From the NCBI GenBank assembly GCA_039621445.1, contig CP154954.1, forward strand, positions 40,293,572-40,357,571: DNA of 64,000 nucleotides, given 5' to 3'. The translations under genes were made by a program, and so were the position numbers. Every line of letters begins with the position of its first letter. The first letter of the stretch is position 1. This DNA is from Euglena gracilis. Taxonomy: Eukaryota. The notes beneath the pieces are model-generated. The model searched no databases. It was not told the DNA's origin and saw only the letters and a program-made list of their open reading frames with translations. Below, piece by piece: positions 48,401-58,000 of this stretch.

Positions 48401-49928
48401 GCCAGACCATGGGCTGCGGGTCCTCGGCTTCCCAGTGGAACACCCACTTTCAACATCCTTCCGCAAAGCCGAGATGCAAGGGGCAGTGGACAAGCTCCAA
48501 GAAGCATGCCACGTCCTCACCAACCTGGGAGATCCTCAGGTTGAGCATGTGCTCTTGCGTTACTGTCTTGATGCCTGCAAGGTGATGCATTTCCTACGTA
48601 CCATGAACATGGACACCCTACAAGAGCCAATCCAAGCAGCGGCGCGGATCATCCGGAAGACATGGGATGACATCATGGGCCAGCCAGCTTCAAATGATGC
48701 ACAATGGACACAGTGTTCGCTCCCTCTACGCTTGGCCGGTCTCGGGGTGAAGGATCCCCTCGTCCTCCAAGCACCAGCCAGAATGGCAGGGATTCTATGT
48801 GCACAACAGCGGTCACAACTGTTGAGGTTTCCGCCCGAGGCTTGTGCCTTGCCCCCTGATTTCAAGAAGGTGGCTGTGGATCTGCGCGGCACACTCGGCC
48901 CTCAGTTCGAGCCACTGCCAGATTGGATTGAGAAGAATCAACCATCGGACGTAGAAGAAGACCACAGAAGGCAACAGTGGTGGACAGACAAAGTGCACCA
49001 AGCAAGGAAAGAAGCTTTGAAGAACATCTTGCCACAACGAGACAAATGCCGCCTCCGACTACAATCGATGCCCCATACAACCGCCTGGCTCCAAACGATA
49101 CCAAACAAAGGCATGGGAACCAAAATCCCAGCAACAAAGTACCGCCTCCTCCTCCGATGGTGGCTCGGTGCCAAGGTCCTCCCGGGCTCGTCTGGTGCTC
49201 CTTGCCCCCTGTGTGGAGACTCCATGGATCCCTTTGGGGACCACCTGCTATGCTGCAAAAAGAACAAACTCGTGCAACGTCACAACGCTGTGCGGGACGC
49301 ACTGGCAATGGTCCTCAGAGAGCATGGAGTACACACCAAGACAGAGGTGGCTATCGGTGGGAAGAGGCGCCCAGCGGATGTGGCCCTGCAAGGGGTTGAC
49401 CCTGTCGGGCCGTTGGCAGTCGACCTCGTAGTGTTCCACCCCCTCCGGAAGGATTTGTCGTGGGACGAGGACATTGCTTTAAGGAACATGGCAGCAATGG
49501 AACACAAGAAGGTCACAAAGAACCAACCTGTCTGTGAAGCCGCAGGATGGTTATTCAGCCCCCTGTCTTTCCATCCGTGGTCGGGCTTGGGCCCATTGGG
49601 GTCTGGTCTCCTCGGCCGCTTGGTGAAGCAAGCCCTCGGTGACAAGCAAGGATGGGCAAGGCAGCACCTGGCCGCAGACATTTGGCAACGTATATCCGCA
49701 ACCTTGATGGCCTTTGTGGCTGAACAGCTTTCTGCCGCCGCTACAACCAGAGGGCATGAGGAATTACCTCCAACGGCCACGCCGCAAGAGACGCCGACGA
49801 GAACCATGAGCATACAAGGAGCCACCGCAGTGGCGGCGGTGGACATGGAAGGATGGCAAAGAGTGCGCCAAGCCGAGGATGGGACCCTTGTCGGCCCCAT
49901 TCGCATCCAGTGCACCCGCCCGAGGTGA
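45456..49928 (+). CDS. LINE polyprotein: Pro-rich repeats, 2A, Zn fingers, RT, CCHC knuckle, restriction-like endonuclease (first ATG 45456; frame open from 45327)
   Basis: AGPDGLRPQHL, RPIAVGNTLRR, VDLQNAFN, GVQQGDPLGP, WYLDD; CPLC..DHLLCC, RHN, RPAD, D, KK. Confidence 0.95.
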   Translation: MCQEAPHPARRPGPPEGDAPILRCAQTVSSKGNDLGVMPPRLPPPASLGESPCSSPPRAASPHRRPQSTSRLAHTLAAFSLGCDPRETPPRISPSVSPGGPVPPHGAAAVPTAGHPPFPSPRCAQTVSSEGNDLGVMPPRLPPPASLGESPCSSPPRAASPHRRPQSTSRLAHTLAAFSLGCDPRETPPRISPSVSPGGPVPPHGAAAVPTAGSPPPPTPRRAQPRPHHSPPSTIHFRPPTSIATIPSCLSSPSSPVLFCPLSIPSLAFPPWFHICDPGLQLSSLHSQSSWVRDLCKDGDIESNPGPTSPSDPGAAFMAVNQSAAVINLAPPPPSASSSASAPAGPNQRARKRRAERGPDSSDSEEEGPGLFHCPFPHCCKSLRHSFQGWNTKRLATNHVAMVHVAAGEMPSSVWLRDAQRWVCGHCLKLLPEGKRCAGENCYRVRPDSTPTRLPPASHPPLAHAAVSSSSSNRMPPSTPLDAPNALMSSAIHEILSTTRPLFRHIPRAAVTLWGVAWAELQQRLCSERSWEALRDWALFQKVTLWSPRGGKGHKGQAAQLIRSRVDRFKAGDLASLWDEFRQGIPRPDRKKKKSTAFPSLEDKVDRLQEAPFLNTLRGLMEDGAFGKAVRHLMSDGLHDPLDHKVQAKLRDLHPRRPEVIVVEPVSKVFPFPKEESSQEQHDLNKFLRETLLSFPRAAAAGPDGLRPQHLQDVVRVDAGAAMVLAALRTFSKAALEGSLPAQAMPFISSASLIPLRKDGPSGSLNIRPIAVGNTLRRFVGKFAMTSPCVKQRASELHPHQCGVTTEGACETIAQGVQSFAEHGQGDTWAILQVDLQNAFNAIDRQALLKAVRNRAPELEAWARLSYAQHSALYNHGHRMTSEQGVQQGDPLGPLFFALAWQDVVLALPKGLKMNVWYLDDGHLVGSMDTLAAALATISLSSAHLGVHLNLQKCRLWGPAQTPTSDGNHFDLLRSIPRVPWMPDHGLRVLGFPVEHPLSTSFRKAEMQGAVDKLQEACHVLTNLGDPQVEHVLLRYCLDACKVMHFLRTMNMDTLQEPIQAAARIIRKTWDDIMGQPASNDAQWTQCSLPLRLAGLGVKDPLVLQAPARMAGILCAQQRSQLLRFPPEACALPPDFKKVAVDLRGTLGPQFEPLPDWIEKNQPSDVEEDHRRQQWWTDKVHQARKEALKNILPQRDKCRLRLQSMPHTTAWLQTIPNKGMGTKIPATKYRLLLRWWLGAKVLPGSSGAPCPLCGDSMDPFGDHLLCCKKNKLVQRHNAVRDALAMVLREHGVHTKTEVAIGGKRRPADVALQGVDPVGPLAVDLVVFHPLRKDLSWDEDIALRNMAAMEHKKVTKNQPVCEAAGWLFSPLSFHPWSGLGPLGSGLLGRLVKQALGDKQGWARQHLAADIWQRISATLMAFVAEQLSAAATTRGHEELPPTATPQETPTRTMSIQGATAVAAVDMEGWQRVRQAEDGTLVGPIRIQCTRPR
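45521..46114 (+). repeat. Two in-frame 297-bp (99-codon) tandem repeats in the LINE 5' region
   Basis: GAGATGCGCCCAAACCGTGAGCAG starts at 45521 and 45818; near-identical over ~277 bp. Confidence 0.93.
46326..46376 (+). other. 2A-like ribosomal skipping (StopGo) motif WVRDLCKDGDIESNPGP
   Basis: Exact match to D(V/I)ExNPGP preceded by G, in frame with RT. Confidence 0.85.
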
Positions 49929-50154
49929 GACCCCTCGGAAGAGGACATGGTAGCACCATCTCCGACACAAAAAAAATAGAAAAGGGCCCACACCCCTCTG
50001 GGTAAGGCCATCGAGAATCGAAGTGAAAGCGCCCAAGTGACAGGCGGGTGCAACGGCTCGCGGTGACCCGTCCCGACGGCAAAGAACAGCACGCGGACAC
50101 GGGCGACACGCCCGCACGGGCGACGCGCGGGCACGACACGCGCGAAACACGTGC

Positions 50155-50404
50155 GAGCCGTGCCGAGCCGTGCCGAGCCGTGCCGAGCCGTGCCGAGCCG
50201 TGCCGAGCCGTGCCGAGCCGTGCCGAGCCGTGCCGAGCCGTGCCGAGCCGTGCCGAGCCGTGCCGAGCCGTGCCGAGCCGTGCCGAGCCGTGCCGAGCCG
50301 TGCCGAGCCGTGCCGAGCCGTGCCGAGCCGTGCCGAGCCGTGCCGAGCCGTGCCGAGCCGTGCCGAGCCGTGCCGAGCCGTGCCGAGCCGTGCCGAGCCG
50401 TGCC
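50155..50404 (+). repeat. (GAGCCGTGCC)x25 perfect minisatellite in the LINE 3' UTR
   Basis: Direct reading; lies between the stop codon and the poly(A). Confidence 0.97.
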
Positions 50405-50873
50405 TAAAAAAAAAATCCCAAATTCTTGCCCATTGCATCAAAAAAAAAAAAAAAAAAGGTGGGCAGAAGGGCCGGTATGATTGGCTCTGTCCCGAAAAGA
50501 CAGCATGGTAAACACACCTCAGAGAACGCTGAAAGGACAGTCGAACCCGAAACCTCCATTGAGCACACCGGGGAATAGCCTGCCCCCATCAATGCCACCC
50601 CACCCCGCCTGCTACCTCACCCCTCGGACTCTGGCCCCTACATGGCCGATTCCGGGTTCACCAACACCACAAACCAAAGAACAACAGCCGGAAAGAAGAG
50701 CAGGACCTCACTGGGGTCTTGTGCGGAGCCGGAGCTGTCAGTATATCCCACCCCCCTCCGGGGGGGAGGGGGTCCGGCGGACCCACCTCCCCCCCCCGGG
50801 GTCCAAACTTAAAAATATCCCTGACCCCATGCTGGCGTCTCTGAAGCGGTGGGGCATCCACTCAAAAAAAAAG

Positions 50874-50976
50874 GACCACTCGGGCTCCGCACTGCGAGAT
50901 GGTGAGGCCCTGCTTTCTTTGCCGGCTGTTCTGTTCTGGTGTGTTTGTGCGTGCGCGGGGAATGCTTCCTACTGCT
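50874..50976 (+). mobile_element. Left terminus fragment of a third DIRS-family element
   Basis: GAC..CGGGCTCCGCAC...GTGAGGCCCTGCT...CCGGCTGTT...GCTTCCTACTGCT parallels the 5' ends of the other two elements. Confidence 0.65.
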
Positions 50977-53900
50977 GACCATTCGGGCTTCGCACCTTCA
51001 GGGGGTGAGATCCTGCTTTGTGTGCCGGCTGTTTTGTTGTTTGTGTTCTTTTTTGGCGGGGTGCTTCTTACTGCTTTTTGGTGCCGGAGTTGGCGGATAT
51101 TAACGCCCTTCGACAACATCAAAATGGCAACGTACGCAGAAATCTTGACATCAGAGGATGAATCAGTTTTCGACAATTCGTGGAGCGAGCTCTTTTTCAA
51201 CGGGGACAAGGTGGCGAAGCTATTGGCGGAGTCGTCCCCGGAATCCCTCGTCGCCGTCATCGCGGCCGGGCAGAACTGGCTGGGAGGCGGATGGCACACG
51301 ACGAAGTGCGCAAAGAAGGTCCACGAGTTGACCCAGGTGGCGATGGTCTCCAGCCAAGTCGGAGACTACAGGAATTCGTTCTTGTACTCGGTGGCGTTGG
51401 CAGGAAGTGTGGAGGTACCACTGATTGACTTGGGGCAGACAGCAGCGGACGTGGCGTTCAAGTTGGCGGATCGTTGGCTGGAGAAGAGTTCGAAGAAAGA
51501 CAAAGGGATGACGCCACGAGCGGAGCGGTCCGCGATGGAGGAGGACGGAGAAGACGAGGAGGACAACGACAACGACGACGCGGAAGAACGGCTCCCCTGG
51601 CAGGAAGAACTGGCGCCCCTGGCGCCAGAGCTGGCAGCGTGCCTTCGGCACGTCGAAAAGGGAGTGAGACTCCCCTGGAAGATGGTCCTGGGGGAGCTGC
51701 CCAGGTATAACGGGATGAAAAGTCGTGCAGAGGATAACAATCACAACGCAGACGGCAAAGGGGCCTGGGATAAACAATTGAAGTCATGGCAACAAAAGAT
51801 GTTACACCTGGAAAGGATGGTGGCATGCCTGTATGGCAGTGTGGAGACAGATTATCAAATATTGGCACAACAATTGTTTTTTGCTGTAGCAGAGATGGAA
51901 CAGACACTGCTGAAGGAGAGGAAGAGGTGCAGCATTCCAGGGGCAATCCCCAGCACCAACAACGGGCTGTTCTCCAAAGAAGACTTGGCTGTGGACAAAG
52001 CCCAATGGGCTCTGAATCAAGCAGGCTTGGCAACAGCCTTTTCAAGACATTCTATGTCTCATTTTCCCATCCCCACAGGAAATAAAGGATTTAAGTTCAA
52101 GTGGGGCAAAGGCAAAGGCTATGGCAGCCAAGGCAAGGCTGGGAGGGGAAAAGGCTATGGCAGCCTGTGGAAGAACCCAGGATGGCAGAAGGGGTATGGA
52201 TACCCTACTGAATCTTCCCACTCCCTACTCATGCCACAGGAAAGGCAAGGGCAAAGCCTGAAGCATCAAAGCCTGAAGCATCAAAGTCCCCAAGAAGGGG
52301 TGAAGCCATCACAGCCAGACCATCAATGGAGTGGGGGAGAGACCCCCCAGCTGAGCTCCATGGAGGAGGTAATCCCCCTGCTGACCCCTGCTCTGAAGCC
52401 ATCCCCAGTCTGGCAAGGGCTCATGGGGACAGGGGCCTGGCCCAGCACAAACTCCCCCCCTATGGAATGGGAGAGAGGAATCATTCAAAGCCTGGATTTC
52501 AGAGAAAGGGCCTGGGAAAAGGTGCCTCTGTTTCAGAGACTAAGAAAATGTCTGCCATGGTGGCAGGAAAATGCAAATCAGTGGGTAGTAGCACTAATTC
52601 AAAAAGGTGTGCAGCCAGACCACCCCCTACCTCGGGTCTGTCAAAAAGGCAGCAGCAAAAGTCAGTGCAGGAAATCAGCCTGGCCTCCAAAATCTTGCAG
52701 GAGTACCAAGAAAGTGGGGCAACCAAAAAAGTACAAAATGCCCAAGACACTGCCCATCTGGTACCCTGGTTTGTGTTGTCCAAACCAGAAGGGGAGGGGG
52801 TCAAGCATCGACTTATCACAGATTGTCGAGATCTAAATCAATTTTGCTGTCCAGAGAAGTTCACTTTGGAAAACATGTCCACAATTTTCCCCACTCTAAA
52901 AAAGGGGGATTGGGCAGTCAAACTAGATTTGAAAGATGCATACTTTCATCTGCATACTTTCATCTGGGTCTGGAAAAAGATTTCAAAAAATTTGTCAGAA
53001 TTCAAGTGGGATCAGACCTGTGGGAGTTTCAGGGGGCCTGTTTTGGCCTAAGCACCCTCCCAAAATTGTTCATGTCACTAATGAAAGTTCTGTTAAAACT
53101 GTGGAGGTCAAAGGGAATGCAGGTGTTCGTCTATTTGGACGACATCATTCTGTTTGGTTCAACAGAAAATTTGGTGAAAAAACATTTACTGCAAATGCTG
53201 GACACATTAGGGGAGGCTGGGTTCAAGGTCAGCCAGAAAAAGTCTGTGTTTACTCCCACACAAAGGCTGCAGCATTTGGGGTTCATCATAGACTGGGAAA
53301 AAGGTCAACTGGAGGTGCCCCCACACAAACTAAAAACTATCAGAAAGGAACTGGGCAAGGTGGTGCTGGCCCAAAAACTAAGCTGCAGAAAAATAGCCAG
53401 CATTCTGGGGCAAGTCAGAAGTTACCTCCCTGCTCTGCCATTTTTAAGGCTGGTAACCCAGGAGCTTTTAAAGTTCAGCCAGATGCACCAAGAAAGGGGC
53501 TGGGATTTTTGCATCGACATTCCAGAAAGGCTGAAAGGGGAAATCAAAGTGCTGAAGGCATACTTGCAGCCAGGCCTGGGCAGGCCTTTCCTGCAACAGG
53601 CAAAAAGGGTGCTCCATTCAGACTCCTCCACATGGGCATGGGGGGGAGTGGATTCATCCCAAAATCAAATCATCCAAGAATTTTGGAGGGAGAAAAATTG
53701 CCTACACATAAATGTGAAAGAATTGATGGCAGCTGTTCAGACAGTAAAAGCATTTGCCCAGCCAGGGGAGACAGTGCTGTTAAATGTGGACAATCAGGTA
53801 GCACTGAGTTACCTTACCAAATGGGGAGGCAGAAAAACACACCTCAATCAGATTTTGGAACCCCTGTTTCATTGGTGTTGGGAAAACCAAGTTCAGTTGC

Positions 53901-54024
53901 AGGTTCAGTGGGTTCCTTCAGCAGCAATGTTGGCAGACCCCCTCACAAGGTGGGATCAAGACAGGGGGGATTATACCCTGTGCCCAAAACTGTTCACCCA
54001 AATTTTGAGGTTCTTCAGAAAGGA
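50977..54024 (+). mobile_element. Second DIRS-type retrotransposon, 3'-truncated after RNase H (no YR, ICR or right ITR)
   Basis: Homologous left end, gag and RT/RH; breaks into an unrelated repeat at ~54025. Confidence 0.88.
51124..54024 (+). pseudogene. DIRS gag-RT-RNase H with at least two frameshifts
   Basis: ATG 51124; KHRLITDCRDLN, KLDLKDAYFH, FVYLDD, HSDSS, HINVKEL, VDNQVA, LADPLTR; shifts at ~52635 and at a 14-bp duplication (52937-52964). Confidence 0.88.
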
Positions 54025-54141
54025 CACTGGACGGACGGACTGCCGGCGCGGCTGAAGCGGCGGGATGGCTTTCAAGTCCCGTATTGAGAATTTCCGGATG
54101 TTCTGGGTGTTCCCGAACAAGGAGGTGCAGTACCCGCACCC

Positions 54142-54554
54142 CAGGGATGTATGGGAAGCTTTTCAATTTGGAGCAGATGGTGGGGGTTCCCAACCCCCTG
54201 CCCCCCCTTGGTTCCAAAAATATCGGACAGCTTTCTGCCAGCGCTGCCTTTCAGAAAATGCAAAGTTTGCTCCGCCCTCATTTTTTAGGATATTGCACAC
54301 TGTCAGTGCTTTGATGTTATCCGCAGGGTGTAAAATGGTTAAAAATGAGCAGTTTTTGCGTTTATTTTGGTGAAGAATAAAAAAAAACTGTTTTTGAAAA
54401 GTTTTGGCTTGCCATCCGGCCCTTTGACGGCCCATATGATGGATAGTTTTCCGAGCATTTTCCGTTTCGCAGTCGCAGGCGGGGTCCGACCCTCCCCCTC
54501 CCGTGTTCGGAGGCGGGGGGGTTGGACCCCCCCTCGGCTTCCCATACATCCCTG
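54142..54554. mobile_element. hAT-like MITE family B inside an exon-like segment (also 56083-56535 and 57592-58043)
   Basis: TIR CAGGGATGTATGGGAAGC/GCTTCCCATACATCCCTG; perfect 8-bp TSD CCGCACCC. Confidence 0.88.
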
Positions 54555-54657
54555 CCGCACCCAAAGGACGGTTCTTCCCCGAGAAGGTGTGGCAATGCTG
54601 TTATGCTGTCAAGGGCTCTAATTTCATTGGGAGGGCAGGTGGGGGGGGAGCTGGAAT

Positions 54658-55097
54658 CAGGCATTTGCTTAAGGGATTGCAGTACCCCCCCGGGGGGGGG
54701 CTGGACTGCAGCTAGTCCAAATTTGGCTAGTGGGTTTTCTAGCAGACCCCCCCCGGGGGGGTCTGCTAGCAGGGCTAGCTAGTGGAAATTTTTTTTTACA
54801 GTGACCGGCGCGAAGCGCCGAAAATTTTTTTTGGGACCCCTAAAAATGGCCAAAGATGCCCGTTTTTGGCCATTTTTGGGAATTTTTGGAACAAAATCAG
54901 CCAAAAACCTGTTAATAACCCCATCTTTCCTCCGGCGCACAGCGCCGGAGGAATTTTTTTTTTCCAGTCCGGGGGACCCCCGGACCCCCCCTCCCCCGGT
55001 GGGGGAGAGGGGGGTCTAGCTAGTCCACTTTTTCCAGTGTCTAGCCGATTGGCTAGCCAGTACCCCCCCCCCCGGGGGGTCCTTAAGCAAAAGCCTG
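54658..55097. mobile_element. hAT-like MITE family A
   Basis: CAGGCATTTGCTTAAGG...CCTTAAGCAAAAGCCTG; perfect 8-bp TSD GCTGGAAT. Confidence 0.88.
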
Positions 55098-58000
55098 GCT
55101 GGAATCCCAGCTAGCCAGCCCCCATTGCTGGGTCCACTTTTTTTGCGGCGGAGGCTTGACTTGTGTTTTAGTTCCAGAGTGGCTCTTTGTTGTTTTCAGG
55201 AGTTCTTTTAGCCTTGGACCCCTATGGGGGGGGTAGGGGGGGGTGGTTGGGTCTGCCCCCCCCCTCCCTCCTGGATGTGCTTTTCGGTGCCGATGGCACT
55301 TGAAAATTTTTGAAAAGGAGCCTTTTTTTTAGGATTTTCGTGATTTTTGGCCATCTGTGTGGAAAAGTGTGTGGGGGGGGTGTTGCGGGGACCCCCTGTC
55401 TTAAAAAAGCCCCTGTTCCCAGTCCCCCTCCCCCCCCCGCAGGATGAATGTCGTGTTTCTTTTGAAGAGTGGAAGTGACCATATGTGAGGAGAGGAAATG
55501 TGTGCCGGGTTTGTCGGAAACATTTTTTTGTTTTCAGGTGCTGAAGGTATTGGATACTGTGGTTGAAAAATGGTCTTCATGCGGGTGGGCTTTGCACAAG
55601 GCATGCCTCCAAATAAAAAGATCCGTGCTGGCAGCCATTTTCAGCTGGTCTTTGTTGTTGGTTGGCAGACAATTTTGGAGAGAAGGCTGGGCCGGCTTGC
55701 AGCTGAGCTGGGGCTCCCCAAGGGGCCAGAATGATTTTCAAATATAAGTGGCTGATCGTTCACTTTTGAAAATTGAAAGTGTTGGTCAGTGCCAGTGTGG
55801 TAGCGTTGCACGTGGGGGTGGGGGTGGGGGGGTGGGGGGGTGGGGGGGGGTGGCTGTGCATGCGTTCGCATGTGTTTTTGATGGTGTCCCCATACTGTTC
55901 ATCTCCCCGTTCTCAGGTTATGAAACGGCAGATGGAGGAGGGCCAGGATGTGCATTTGTGTTCCCCCACAAGAGGCAGTTACTGGACCTGGATGGCTACA
56001 GCAGGATGGCTTTCAAGCCCCATATTGGGATTTTCCAGATGTTCTGGGTGTTCCCTAACAAGGAGGTGCAGTACCCGCACCCCAGGGATGTATGGGAAGC
56101 CTTTCGGGTTTGGGGTAGATTGTGCGGGGGGGGGGGTCCCAACCCCCTCCCCCCCAATGGGGTAGGGTGGTTGGGTCCAGACCCCCCTGGTTCCAAAAAT
56201 ATCGGACAGTTTGCTGCCAGCGCTGCATTTCGACAAATGCAAAGTTTGCTCCCCCCTCATTTTTCAGGATATTGCACATTGTCAATGCTTTGATGTTATC
56301 CGCAGGGTGTAAAATGGTTAAAAATGAGCAGTTTTTGTGTTTATTTTGGTGAAGAATCAAAAAATTGTTGTTGAGCAGTTTTGGCTTGCCATCCGGCCCT
56401 TTGACGGCCCATATGATGGATAGTTTTCCGAGCATTTTCCGTTTCGCAGTCGCAGGCGGGGTCCGACCCTCCCCCTGTCGCGTTCGGAGGCGGGGGGGGG
56501 GGGTGGACTCCCCCTCGGCTTCCCATACATCCCTGCCGCATCCAAAGGACGGTTCTTCCCCGAGAAGGTGTGGCAATGCTGTTATGCTGTCAAGGGCTCT
56601 AATTTCATTGGGAGGGCAGGTGGGGAGCCAGCCCCCATTCCTGGGTCCACTTTTTTTGCGGCGGAGGCTCGACTTGTGTTTTAGTTCCAGAGTGTCTCTT
56701 TGTTGTTTTCAGGAGTTCTTTTAGTCTTGGACCCCTATGGGGGGGGTAGGGGGGGGTGGTTGGGTCTGCCCCCCCCCCTCCCTCCTGGATATACTTTCCG
56801 AAGGCGATTGAAAATTTTTGAAAAGGAGCCTTTTTTTTAGGATTTTCGTGATTTTTGGCCATCTGTGTGGAAAAGTGTGTGGGGGGGTGTTGCGGGGACC
56901 CCCTGTCTTAAAAAAGCCCCTGTGCCCAGTCCCCCTCCCCCCCCCCGCAGGATGAATGTCGTGTTTCTTTTGAAGAGTGGAAGTGACCATACGTGAGGAG
57001 AGGAAATGTGTGCCGGGTTTGTCGGAAACATTTTTTTGTTTTCAGGTGCTGAAGGTATTGGATACTGTGGTCGAAAAATGGTCTTCATGCGGGTGGGCTT
57101 TGCACAAGGCATGCCTCCAAACAAAAAGATCCGTGCTGGCAGCCATTTTCAGCTGGTCTTTGTTGTTGGTTGGCAGACAATTTTAGGAGAGAAGGCTGGG
57201 CCGGCTTGCAGCTGAGCTGGGGCTCCCCAAGGGGCCAGAATGATTTTCAAATATAAGTGGCTGATCGTTCACTTTTGAAAATTGAAAGTGTTGGTCAGTG
57301 CCAGTGTGGTAGCGTTGCACGTGGGGGTGGGGGTGGGGGGGTGGGGGGGGGGGGGGGGGTGGCTGTGCATGCGTTCGCATGTGTTTTTGATGGTGTCCCC
57401 ATACTGTTCATCTCCCCGTTCTCAGGTTATGAAACGGCAGATGGAGGAGGGCCAGGATGTGCATTTGTGTTCCCCCACAAGAGGCAGTTACTGGACCTGG
57501 ATGGCTACAGCAGGATGGCTTTCAAGCCCCATATTGGGATTTTCCAGATGTTCTGGGTGTTCCCTAACAAGGAGGTGCAGTACCCGCACCCCAGGGATGT
57601 ATGGGAAGCCTTTCGGGTTTGGGGTAGATTGTGCGGGGGGGGGTCCCAACCCCCTCCCCCCCAATGGGGTAGGGTGGTTGGGTCCAGACCCCCCTGGTTC
57701 CAAAAATATCGGACAGTTTGCTGCCAGCGCTGCATTTCGACAAATGCAAAGTTTGCTCCCCCCTCATTTTTCAGGATATTGCACATTGTCAATGCTTTGA
57801 TGTTATCCGCAGGGTGTAAAATGGTTAAAAATGAGCAGTTTTTGTGTTTATTTTGGTGAAGAATCAAAAAATTGTTGTTGAGCAGTTTTGGCTTGCCATC
57901 CGGCCCTTTGACGGCCCATATGATGGATAGTTTTCCGAGCATTTTCCGTTTCGCAGTCGCAGGCGGGGTCCGACCCTCCCCCTGTCGCGTTCGGAGGCGG

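Larger units (their letters stand above)
45204..50457 (+). mobile_element. Apparently full-length CRE/SLACS-clade non-LTR retrotransposon
   Basis: 12-bp TSD GGTGGGCAGAAG (45192-45203 and 50458-50469); terminal poly(A); 5' hairpin 45208-45237; single long ORF. Confidence 0.92.
45151..50659. mobile_element. Unknown 243-bp element (45151-45203 plus 50470-50659) inserted in the DIRS left ITR and split by the LINE
   Basis: 10-bp TSD ACCAACACCA at 45141-45150 and 50660-50669; the intact ITR is readable from the right ITR. Confidence 0.78.
40785..50739 (-). mobile_element. DIRS1-type tyrosine-recombinase retrotransposon (~4.4 kb net); left ITR interrupted
   Basis: gag, RT/RH and YR ORFs; right ITR ~40847-40938 is inverted to 45101-45150 plus 50670-50711; ICR 41071-41170 is complementary to both termini. 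Confidence 0.93.
40472..50823. mobile_element. hAT-like MITE family C (~400 bp net), split by the DIRS insertion
   Basis: CAGGGGTTTTTTTAAG...CTTAAAAATATCCCTG; perfect 8-bp TSD ACCCCATG (40464-40471 and 50824-50831); uninterrupted relative at 61014-61304. Confidence 0.85.

Noticed and set aside
50543-50659. 5S rRNA or SRP RNA identity for the 117-nt domain
   Set aside because: Size and closing stem fit, but the conserved internal motifs do not match convincingly.
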